Source of the DNA: Planctomycetota bacterium
GTDB lineage: Bacteria; Planctomycetota; UBA8108; SXIK01
DNA length: 64,000 nucleotides
Reading direction: 5' to 3'
Assembly (NCBI GenBank): GCA_965223845.1
Contig: CBDCXR010000004.1
Span: 3,200,001-3,264,000, forward strand
The position numbers and the translations under genes are program-made. Shown here piece after piece: positions 9,648-18,253 of the stretch; within the stretch, counting starts at the first letter, position 1, and each line of letters opens with the position of its first letter. The notes below the pieces were generated by a model. It was not told the origin of the DNA, ran no database searches, and was given only the letters and a program-made list of their open reading frames with translations.

Positions 9648-9672
9648 GAGAAAGAGGAAGAGGAAGAATGAC

Positions 9673-11553
9673 TCAGTTTCCTGCTTCGAGATCCCCGAGC
9701 GTTTTCTGAATCAACCGACTCACGTACCCGTTGTACCGTCCGTGCGGGGACCATCCTCCGGCTTTCGCGTCGGTCGGGAGCTTTCGGATGTCTTCGAGCA
9801 CGAAGGCCGCCTTCCCATCGAGCTTGTCGAGTGCATTGAGCGCCGCCATCGCCGCGAACACGTTCGCGCCATCCGCCCAGCGACTCAGTTCGACGAGCGG
9901 CCCGATCGCCCGGCGGTGGACGTCCGGTGCATCTGAATGCAGCGCGATCGCGTACGCGGCGATCACTCGCACGTACGGCGAGTCGTCCGCGAGCGCTGCC
10001 GCGAGCTCCTCGGCGGACGCCGTTACCGCTTCTGGGCCGCGATTCAGGATCCCCACCGCGCCCCAGTAACGAACGGCACTGTCGGAGTCGCGCAGATTCT
10101 TTTTCAGCGCCGGAAGCGCTCCTTCCGTCCGCCGCGTCGCGAGGTTGGCCGCGGCGAAGATCCGCTCGAACGGATACTTCTGGTCGTCGCGAGCCATCTC
10201 GTACGCCGTCGACCCTTTCGACCGGCTGTGGATCTCGCCTTCGGGGAGGAACCCGAGATCACGGATGCTCCGGCACCAGTCCTGCTGAGCCTTCCGGAGC
10301 TCGTCGAGCTTCGCCCGGTGCTCGGGTGACGACGCTAGGTTGTTCACCTCATCGGGATCGGCCGCGAGATCGTAGAGCTCTTCGGCCGGCTTTTGGTGCC
10401 AAAAGCGTGACTGCGCATCGTTCAGCTTTCCCGCTTCGTAGTCGCGCCTCCACGCCGCGGTCGACGGCGTCTGGAAGTTGTAGCGGACGTGCTGGCCGTA
10501 GATGAAATGCGGATTGTAGTTCCGGATGTAGTGGTAGCGACCGTCCGTGACGGTGCGGATGAAATCGTAGCGCTCGTCCATTCGCCCGCGGAAGCCGTAC
10601 ATGTACTTCGGCTTCGGAGCCTGAAACTCGCCGGCGAACGCGTGTCCGTGCATGGTCGCGGGCGGCTTGGTCCCGGCGATGCTGAGCACGGTGGGAGCGA
10701 GGTCGACGAAGTTGACGAGTCGATCGCTCGCCGCCCCCGCTTTGTACTCCTTCGGCGCGAGGCGCTCCCACTTCTTAGGGAAGTAGACGACCATCGGAAC
10801 CGAAAGCCCGGAGTTGTACGTCCAGCGCTTGCTCCGCGACATGCCCGAGCCGTGGTCGCCGTAGTAAAAGACGATCGTACTGTCCGTGAGCCCGGCGGCG
10901 GCGAGCTCAGCGAGTCGTTCACCCGCTATCGCGTCAGCGCGCGAGACGACGTCGTAGTACTGCGCCCAGTCCTGTCGCGTCTCCTTGTTGTCGGGGTGGT
11001 ACGCCGGAACGCGCACCTTCGCCGGATCGTGGATCGCTTGGTGCGGTCTCTTGCGGACGCGGCTCTCGTGACTCACGGTCGAGTTGAAGATCGCGAAGAA
11101 CGGCTGGCCGTCCTCTCGGTTCTTGTAGTGTGCCTTCCGCGACGACTCGTGCCAGCCCTTCTCTTTCGCGCTCGCGTTGTAGTCTTCCTTTGAATTGTTC
11201 GTACAGTAGTAGCCGGCTTCGCGGAGGTACGACGGATAGAAGCGCATCCCATCCGGAAGCGAAACCATGCTCCGCATGTGCTGCGCGCCGAAGGACGGCG
11301 GATACATACCGGTGATGATCGTCGTCCGCGCCGGGGCACAGACCGGAGCGCAGGACCACGCGAGCCCGAACCGCATCCCCTTCTTCGCGAGGCCGTCGAC
11401 GCTCGGGGTCGTCGCGAACTCGTCACCGTAGCAACCCATCTCCGGGCCGTGATCCTCGCTCGTGATCCAGAGGATGTTCGGCCGTTCGGCGGCGAGTGTG
11501 CCACCGGTGGCGAGGGCGAGCCAGAGCGACGATGTCATCCAAATGCGAGACAT
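9673..11553 (-). CDS. sulfatase with C-terminal HEAT-like repeats
   Basis: Signal peptide; RPNILWITSED; CAPAR motif; GDHG; ELYDLAADPDE; C-terminal LRDSDSAVRYWG and LADDSPYVRVIAA HEAT-like motifs. Confidence 0.95.
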   Translation of the reverse strand: MSRIWMTSSLWLALATGGTLAAERPNILWITSEDHGPEMGCYGDEFATTPSVDGLAKKGMRFGLAWSCAPVCAPARTTIITGMYPPSFGAQHMRSMVSLPDGMRFYPSYLREAGYYCTNNSKEDYNASAKEKGWHESSRKAHYKNREDGQPFFAIFNSTVSHESRVRKRPHQAIHDPAKVRVPAYHPDNKETRQDWAQYYDVVSRADAIAGERLAELAAAGLTDSTIVFYYGDHGSGMSRSKRWTYNSGLSVPMVVYFPKKWERLAPKEYKAGAASDRLVNFVDLAPTVLSIAGTKPPATMHGHAFAGEFQAPKPKYMYGFRGRMDERYDFIRTVTDGRYHYIRNYNPHFIYGQHVRYNFQTPSTAAWRRDYEAGKLNDAQSRFWHQKPAEELYDLAADPDEVNNLASSPEHRAKLDELRKAQQDWCRSIRDLGFLPEGEIHSRSKGSTAYEMARDDQKYPFERIFAAANLATRRTEGALPALKKNLRDSDSAVRYWGAVGILNRGPEAVTASAEELAAALADDSPYVRVIAAYAIALHSDAPDVHRRAIGPLVELSRWADGANVFAAMAALNALDKLDGKAAFVLEDIRKLPTDAKAGGWSPHGRYNGYVSRLIQKTLGDLEAGN

Positions 11554-11672
11554 ATCCTGCTTCCTTCTGCTGAATGACCGTTCGGGGAACTCCGCCCTAT
11601 CGTAGCGAGTCGGCCGTCTCGCCGAGCCCGTTTTTGCGCAATTCGATCAGCGGATTCGATTTCACCCAGCGG

Positions 11673-11681
11673 TGATACAAT
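11673..11681 (+). promoter_or_regulatory. candidate extended -10 promoter (TGaTACAAT)
   Basis: TG-n-TACAAT ends 6 nt before ATG 11688, in the divergent intergenic region. Confidence 0.4.
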
Positions 11682-11687
11682 GCGGGC

Positions 11688-14600
11688 ATGGGCATCAAGA
11701 TCGAGATTCCGTCCTCCGCCGGCGGGGAGAACTTTCCGCCGTGTGCAGCCCGACGCGTGTCGTTCGCGGCTTCGAAGTCTGTTTCACTCCGGCGTGTGAT
11801 GACGAGAATCGTCCTCGTCTTCTTGATCGCGACGACCGGGCGAGCCGACGTCGTCATTCACGAATTCGTCGCGACGAACTCCGATTCTCTCCGCGACGAG
11901 GACGGCGAGTCGTCGGATTGGATCGAGCTCCGCAACTGCGAGCGTGTCCCGGTCGACGTGGGCGGCTGGTTCCTCACGGACGACGCCGACGAGCTCACGC
12001 GCTGGTCGTTTCCCGCGGTCGTTCTCGATCCGGGGGCCTACCTGGTCGTCTTCGCATCGGGCAAGGACCGGCGCGACGCGTCGGGCGAGCTCCACACGAG
12101 CTTTCGGCTCGACGGTGACGGCGAGTACCTCGCGCTCGTCCGCCCGGACGGAAGAACGATCGCGCACGAGTTCGCGCCCGCCTATCCCGAGCAGCGCCGA
12201 GACGTCGGCTTCGGAACGGGCGAGGAGGTCGTCGAGCCGCGTCTCGTCGCGCTCGGCGACGACGTGCGCATCTTCGTACCCGCGAACGACCCAGCCGGCG
12301 CCGCGGCCATTGGAAATGCATGGACGGGCGGCGCCGAGCCGTTCGACGACTCGCTCGCGGCCGGCTGGACGAACGCGACGACCGGCATCGGATACGACGT
12401 CGCGTCCGAAGCCGCGCCTCAAGACGACCGGCGGCGCCTCATCGGATACTGGAGCTTCGACGACCTGGCCGACCGCGAGCTCACGGTGGATTCTAGCGGC
12501 AACGATCACCACGGAACGATCACGAGCCGCTTCGCGCTCACCGGCGAAGGCGGAACAGCGAATCCCGTCTACACCACCGATGGCAGCGGACACACAGGAC
12601 TTCCCGGGGACCGCTCGCTCGACTTCGGTGTGACGGGAAACGGTGCTCTGGTCGACATACCGGCGGCCGCGACCGGAGCGTTCGACCGGGCGCGCGAGAA
12701 CGACGCGATCAGCATCAGTCTCTGGATCTTCGGCGGGACGGACCAACCAGCGCGAGGCAGCATCTTCTGGGGATCGGGGAACGAGCTCGGCACGGGGGTC
12801 CGCTCGCTGAACGCTCACGCCCCGTGGAGCGACCGCACGATCTACTGGGATACGGCCGGCTGCTGCGACGAAACCACCCGAATTTCGAAACCAGAGCCGA
12901 GCTCGATTCGCTGGCAAGGCGAGTGGAACCACTACGTCTTCATCAAGAACGGTGATCGGAAGGAGATCTGGCAGAACGGAGTCCTCTTCCACGAGGGAAA
13001 CAATCCGTCCCCGCTCACCCCGATACGGAACTTCACGATCGGTGGAGCGAAAGCCAACGGCCCGCTCGGCTACGGCGGACGCATCGACGATGTGGCCGTT
13101 TGGGACGGAGCACTCGAACGGAAAGAGATCGAGAATCTGTCGGCCGGCGCGTCGCCGCTCGACCTCTCGGAGTTTCGCGGGTTCATCGCGAGTGATGTCG
13201 AGGACGCACTTCGAGGTCGAGGCTCGTCGCTCTACGTCCGCGCCCCGTTCGAGCTCCGCGAGGAGCCGACGCCCGACACGGCGCTCGTCCTTCGTGTCCG
13301 CTACGACGACGGGTTCGCCGCGTACCTGAACGGCGTCGAAGTCGCGCGCCGAAACGCGCTGGCGGAGCTCACCTTCGACGCCCGCGCTGAGTCCGATCGG
13401 CCGCGGGGGGATGCCACGACCAAGCTCGAGGAGATCGATCTCAGCGAATACCTCGGGTCGCTCAACCTCGGCCGAAACGTCTTCGCGATCCACGCGCTCA
13501 ATGATCGCGCGGACAGCCCGGACTTTCTCATCGCGCCGGAGCTCGTCCTCGTTCGGCGAACGGCGGATCGATATCTCTCACCGTCTACGCCGGGCGAGGC
13601 GAACAGCCCTGGCCTCGACGGATTTGTCGACGACACGCGCTTCAGCGTCGATCGCGGCTTCTTCGATGCGCCGATCGATGTCGAGATTTCGTCAGAGACC
13701 GAAGACGCAGAGATCTACTACTCGATGGACGGCAGCGAGCCGGGACCGGATGCTGAAGCAGCGACACGCTATTCCGGTCCGATTCGCGTCGACGAGACGA
13801 CCACTCTTCGCGCGCGCGCGTTCAAGGCGAATCACCTACCGACGAACGTCGACACGCAGACGTATCTCTTTATCGCAAGCACTGCGAGTCAGCCGCGCCG
13901 CCCGGAGGGATTCCCGGCGAGTTGGAGCGAAGGGGTATCGGCGGACTACGCCGTCGACCCGGACGTGGTCGAGTCGACGCTTCCGGGCTTCGGCTTCGAG
14001 GAGGCTCTCCGCGCGATCCCCTCGATGAGCATCGTAATGCCGCCCGAAGATCTGTTCGGCTCGAGCCGGGGAATCTACTACCACTCGCGGCAAAAGACGG
14101 AGCGCGGCGGCTCGATCGAGTACATCGACCCGGACGGTGAACGAGAGTTCCAGTCCGACGCCGGCGTCCGTATCCACGGCCTCACGAGCGCATGGCACTC
14201 GTTCACGAAGAAACACTCGTTTCGCGTCGTGTTCAAGAGCCGCTTCGGGCCGACGAAGCTCGATTTCCCCCTCTTCGATGGATCGCCCGTCGAAAAGTTC
14301 GATCAGTTCGTCCTCAAGGGACTCTCGACCGACACCTGGCCGGTCGAGGACGGCTGGCACCTCAGCAGTGCGCCGCCCGGGACGCGCCGATGGCATCGCG
14401 AAGACGCCCTCTACATGCGCGAACAGTGGATGAAGGACAGCCTGCGCGAGATGGGACAGACGTCGACCTTCGGCCGCTACGTTCACCTCTACCTGAACGG
14501 TCTCTACTGGGGCCTCTACAACTTGACCGAGCGTCCGACGGACTCTTTCAACGCCGAGCACCGCGGCGGAGAGAAGGAAGAGTACGACGTCATCCGCGAC

Positions 14601-16322
14601 TTCGCCGAGCTGCAATCCGGATCGCGAGCCGCGTGGAACGAGATGATGACGCTCGCATCGAACGGTCTCGAGACGGAGGCCGCCTACCAGCGCATCCAGG
14701 GCAACCATCCCGACGGCACGCGCAATCTCGACTACCCCGTCTACGTCGACGTCGACAGTCTGATCGACTACATGATCCTCCACATCTACGCAGGTGCTGA
14801 CGACTGGCCGAACCACAATTGGTGGGCGGCTCGTCGTCGCGGGCCGGATAGCGATGGCTTCAAGTTCTACGCGTGGGATCAAGAGATCAGCAACAACTCG
14901 AACAATCGCTTCGGCTTCTCGGCGTGGGGCGTCCGCTTCGAGCTCGCGAGCGCCGCGGGTACGCCGTCCTTTCTTTACGACCGAATGCGCGGAAACCGCA
15001 GCTTCCAGATTCGCTTTGCCGATCGCGTGGCGCGGCATTTTGCCCCCGGGGGAGCGCTGTCGCGAGAAGGAGCAGAAGCTCGGTGGGAGTCGCGCGCGAT
15101 CGAGATCGACCGGGCGATCGTCGGCGAGTCGGCTCGGTGGGGAGATGCACGCCGGACCGCGCCCTACAAACGCGAGGTCGAGTGGCTCGCAGCGCGCGAC
15201 TGGATCACCGGCGAGTACCTCGACGGCGTCGTTCCGCAGGCGTTCGCGCGCTTTCGTCGAGTCGACCTCTATCCCGCTCTCGACGTTCCCATCTTTCGCC
15301 AACACGGCGGACGTGTGCCGATGAGTTGGGAACTCACCATGGCCGCCGCGGAGGGAACGACGTATTTCACCGTCGACGGCAGCGACCCGCGGGCGCGGAA
15401 CGGAACGGTGTCGCCGACGGCGTCCGTTGGCGAGGGCTCGTCGGTGACGATCACCGGTCCGGTGACGGTGAAAGCACGAGCACGCTCCGGCGGTGAATGG
15501 AGCGCGCTCAGCGAGGCGTTCTTCTACGTCGAGGAGCCGCTTCGCATCACGGAGATCATGTACCATCCTCCGGCGAGCGATCCGGGCGACGAGTTTTCGC
15601 GCGTCGACTACGAGTTCGTGGAGTTTCAGAACATTGCATCGACGCCGCTCCGTCTCGAGGGATTTCGCGTGCGCGGCGGCGTCGAGGCCGAGTTCGCCGC
15701 GGGCGACGCTCTCGCACCCGGCGAGATCGTGGTGCTCGTAAAAAACACGGACGCGTTTCGTGCGCGGTACGGAGACGACCCGAGAGTCGCGGGTGAGTTC
15801 TCGGGTCAGCTCCGAAACTCCGGCGAACGGCTCGAGATCCGCGGTCCGCTCGACGGGTTACTGCTCGCGGCGGACTACAGCGACGAGTGGCATCCGTCGA
15901 CCGACGGTGAGGGCCGCTCCCTCGCGATCGTCGACGCGCGGGCGCCCGCTGAGAGCTGGAGCGCCGCGGGAAGTTGGCGACCGAGTGTGCGGCGGCTCGG
16001 CACGCCGGGATTCATTCCTTCGGTCGACACCGGCGCGCAGCGACAGGGGGATTACAACCAAGATGGGGACGTCAACATCGCGGATGGAATCAACGCTCTC
16101 CTCGTGCTTTTCGCGGACGGCGAGTTGAGACTTCCGTGCGGAGGTGAGATCGACGACGAAGCGAATCGCCGGCTCTTCGACCTGAACGGCGACGCGTCAT
16201 TCGATCTCTCCGACCCGATCTATCTCTTCGAGTACCTGTTCCAGGACGGGCGGCCACCGGTGCTCGGAGTGGAGTGTCTACCGACCGAAGGCTGCGCGGT
16301 CGTGTGTGGGGCCGGGGAGTAG
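11688..16322 (+). CDS. large secreted protein: lamin-tail, LamG, Fn3-associated, CotH-kinase-like, lamin-tail and dockerin-like domains
   Basis: VVIHEFVATN...DWIELRN (lamin tail); GYWSFD...WNHYVF...IDDVAVWD (LamG); IYYSMDGSEP (Fn3-associated); YVHLYLNGLYWGLYNLTER...DDWPNHNW...WDQE (CotH); LRITEIMYHP; GDYNQDGDVNIAD...DLNGDASFDLSD. True start may be ATG 11799. Confidence 0.9.
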   Translation: MGIKIEIPSSAGGENFPPCAARRVSFAASKSVSLRRVMTRIVLVFLIATTGRADVVIHEFVATNSDSLRDEDGESSDWIELRNCERVPVDVGGWFLTDDADELTRWSFPAVVLDPGAYLVVFASGKDRRDASGELHTSFRLDGDGEYLALVRPDGRTIAHEFAPAYPEQRRDVGFGTGEEVVEPRLVALGDDVRIFVPANDPAGAAAIGNAWTGGAEPFDDSLAAGWTNATTGIGYDVASEAAPQDDRRRLIGYWSFDDLADRELTVDSSGNDHHGTITSRFALTGEGGTANPVYTTDGSGHTGLPGDRSLDFGVTGNGALVDIPAAATGAFDRARENDAISISLWIFGGTDQPARGSIFWGSGNELGTGVRSLNAHAPWSDRTIYWDTAGCCDETTRISKPEPSSIRWQGEWNHYVFIKNGDRKEIWQNGVLFHEGNNPSPLTPIRNFTIGGAKANGPLGYGGRIDDVAVWDGALERKEIENLSAGASPLDLSEFRGFIASDVEDALRGRGSSLYVRAPFELREEPTPDTALVLRVRYDDGFAAYLNGVEVARRNALAELTFDARAESDRPRGDATTKLEEIDLSEYLGSLNLGRNVFAIHALNDRADSPDFLIAPELVLVRRTADRYLSPSTPGEANSPGLDGFVDDTRFSVDRGFFDAPIDVEISSETEDAEIYYSMDGSEPGPDAEAATRYSGPIRVDETTTLRARAFKANHLPTNVDTQTYLFIASTASQPRRPEGFPASWSEGVSADYAVDPDVVESTLPGFGFEEALRAIPSMSIVMPPEDLFGSSRGIYYHSRQKTERGGSIEYIDPDGEREFQSDAGVRIHGLTSAWHSFTKKHSFRVVFKSRFGPTKLDFPLFDGSPVEKFDQFVLKGLSTDTWPVEDGWHLSSAPPGTRRWHREDALYMREQWMKDSLREMGQTSTFGRYVHLYLNGLYWGLYNLTERPTDSFNAEHRGGEKEEYDVIRDFAELQSGSRAAWNEMMTLASNGLETEAAYQRIQGNHPDGTRNLDYPVYVDVDSLIDYMILHIYAGADDWPNHNWWAARRRGPDSDGFKFYAWDQEISNNSNNRFGFSAWGVRFELASAAGTPSFLYDRMRGNRSFQIRFADRVARHFAPGGALSREGAEARWESRAIEIDRAIVGESARWGDARRTAPYKREVEWLAARDWITGEYLDGVVPQAFARFRRVDLYPALDVPIFRQHGGRVPMSWELTMAAAEGTTYFTVDGSDPRARNGTVSPTASVGEGSSVTITGPVTVKARARSGGEWSALSEAFFYVEEPLRITEIMYHPPASDPGDEFSRVDYEFVEFQNIASTPLRLEGFRVRGGVEAEFAAGDALAPGEIVVLVKNTDAFRARYGDDPRVAGEFSGQLRNSGERLEIRGPLDGLLLAADYSDEWHPSTDGEGRSLAIVDARAPAESWSAAGSWRPSVRRLGTPGFIPSVDTGAQRQGDYNQDGDVNIADGINALLVLFADGELRLPCGGEIDDEANRRLFDLNGDASFDLSDPIYLFEYLFQDGRPPVLGVECLPTEGCAVVCGAGE

Positions 16323-16344
16323 GAGACGCGGCGGGCGGGGAGGG

Positions 16345-16406
16345 GAAGAGAAGAGAAGAGAAGAGAAGAGAAGATGAAGTTGGTCGAGAACGGGAACGGG
16401 AGCGGG
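16345..16406 (+). repeat. (GAAGA)6 microsatellite fused to dispersed element copy 2
   Basis: GAAGA x6 at 16345-16374, continuing as ATGAAGTTGGTCGAGAACGGGAACGGGAGCGGG. Confidence 0.8.
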
Positions 16407-16444
16407 TACCGGCGGAGACTTGCTGCGATGTCGACATCGATGCG

Positions 16445-17392
16445 CTAGTGCATCTCCGCCTCGCAGATTCCGATTCCCGGCCGGTAGAAGCTGAATCGCA
16501 CCTCTTCGTGCTCCGCGAGGAGCGACATCGGCACCGCGGTGTCGACGATTCTCTTCGAGATCATCAGCGTCGTCAGTCGCATCCCGAACGGGTTGTCGTG
16601 GACGCCCGCCTGCCAGATCGAAACGCTTTTCGACTTCCAGGTTTCTACGGGGCCTACCGTCGCGGCTTGGGTCGGGACGAGCGCGACTTGTCCCCCACCG
16701 CTCGTTCGTGCGTTCTGAATGATCGTCATCGGGTGGAGATCGGTGACGCGGGTTGCAAGCTGGCGGTACTCCGCCGGCGAGGGCGGCGCGTCCACGTGCT
16801 CGCCCTCACGGCGTGGCGGGTCGTTGAACGCCCAGTGCTTGACTTCGCCTTGCCCGCCTTGCATGACGAGGCAGTCGACCTCGTCGAAGCTTCGCGAGTA
16901 CGCGTCGAGATCGCCCGTCGGAAAATGGAGGTGGGCGTCCGGCATACGAAGCTCGGGACGGATCCGGTTGAAGCAGAGCTCGAGGTCGGCACGCGCGAAG
17001 CTGAGGGGGTGATCCATCGGCACCGGGATCCCGTTTTCGTCGACCCACTCATCCATGCCCCAGAAATGGGCCGAGCGAATGTCGATGTCGAGCGCGTTCA
17101 CAATGCGTGCGACGAGCGGGAGCTGTTCGGTCGGACCGATCGGGCCGCAGATTCCGGTAGGTCGATCGGGCGTCGAACGTTTCCACGCGTCGATGTACTC
17201 CAGCGCCTCGGCGAGGTAGAACTCCTCCAGCGTGTCGTAGAACCGCACGGAAAAACCCGGGCGGGAAAGCCCGAGGAGATCACCCGCGGACAGCTTCGCC
17301 GCATCCGCGAGCAATTCGTCGTCGAGAGTCGTGTAGTCCCACCACTCCGGTGCGACTTTGCTGGTGGGTCGGGGGCGGATCGATCGGGGCAT
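16445..17392 (-). CDS. glucosamine-6-phosphate isomerase/deaminase-like (NagB-fold) protein
   Basis: [33 protein letters not shown] resemble NagB motifs (FxMDEY, GxxGHxxFNEP); SD GAGGA. Confidence 0.8.
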   Translation of the reverse strand: MPRSIRPRPTSKVAPEWWDYTTLDDELLADAAKLSAGDLLGLSRPGFSVRFYDTLEEFYLAEALEYIDAWKRSTPDRPTGICGPIGPTEQLPLVARIVNALDIDIRSAHFWGMDEWVDENGIPVPMDHPLSFARADLELCFNRIRPELRMPDAHLHFPTGDLDAYSRSFDEVDCLVMQGGQGEVKHWAFNDPPRREGEHVDAPPSPAEYRQLATRVTDLHPMTIIQNARTSGGGQVALVPTQAATVGPVETWKSKSVSIWQAGVHDNPFGMRLTTLMISKRIVDTAVPMSLLAEHEEVRFSFYRPGIGICEAEMH

Positions 17393-17640
17393 CTCGTCCT
17401 CGCGCGAATCGAGCTCCGTCGGGGAATCGCAGCGAGCTATCGTGCCAGCCGCGGAAGGTCGAAGTATTCTACTAATGCGGAAGACGCGCCATCGACCTTC
17501 GCCCGTCGAGAAGCGGCGTCTACAGGAACTCGCCCGTTGGGTTTCTCGTCGACTATCGTGGAGAGTCGTGATTCGACGAAGACGCTGGGATGGCTTTCGC
17601 GTTTAAGACGGCCCATGCATCGGAGAGGACTTGAGGACGT

Positions 17641-18084
17641 ATGGACCACCCTGAACTCGAATTCTTCAACGATTTGTCCGGCGAGCTCGAAATCGAGTTG
17701 AGCACTCCCGCGCAGCCGATCGCGGAGGGGTTGCGGAACTTGGCAGCGCCGACGGACTCGAAAGTCGTCAGCTTGCGACTCCGGCCCGAAGTCTATGTGG
17801 AAGAAGAAGACGACTTCCGCAGTCTTACCGAGGACGAGCTGAGCGGGATCGCCTATCGAGGAGCTAGAATTACGCTCCGAGGTGAGAGCGGCGACGCGGT
17901 AACGCATGCCGCGCCAAACGGCGAGGCTTTCACCGTCCAGGAGCTCCTGGACGCGGTAGCAGAGACCGAACTTCGAACGCGCGACGCATCCGAGTGGCTC
18001 GGCGGCGTCGACGTGCATCATGTATTCTTCGAAGGTCTCGAGCCGGAATCCGACGGAGTTTGGGCGATCGTTTGGGGTTCGTAG
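17641..18084 (+). CDS. small acidic hypothetical protein
   Basis: 147 aa; SD GAGGA; conserved-looking C-terminus WLGGVDVHHVFFEGL...WAIVWGS. Confidence 0.75.
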   Translation: MDHPELEFFNDLSGELEIELSTPAQPIAEGLRNLAAPTDSKVVSLRLRPEVYVEEEDDFRSLTEDELSGIAYRGARITLRGESGDAVTHAAPNGEAFTVQELLDAVAETELRTRDASEWLGGVDVHHVFFEGLEPESDGVWAIVWGS

Positions 18085-18253
18085 AACATCGCCCGAGAAT
18101 CGACTCCGATGGCGCCGTTCTCAGGTTGCATCAGTACTCGGCGTCGATAGGCTGAAGCTGACGTTACGCTTCCGCACGCCCCCCTCAGCGAACCTCGCCC
18201 GCCGCGATGTTCGTTCCGAGGTGGCTCTCCCTCGACTCGCGAGTGACGCCGAA

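Noticed and set aside
17431-17447. TGGCACG sigma54-like promoter on the minus strand
   Set aside because: GG-to-GC spacing is one base too long for a -24/-12 promoter.
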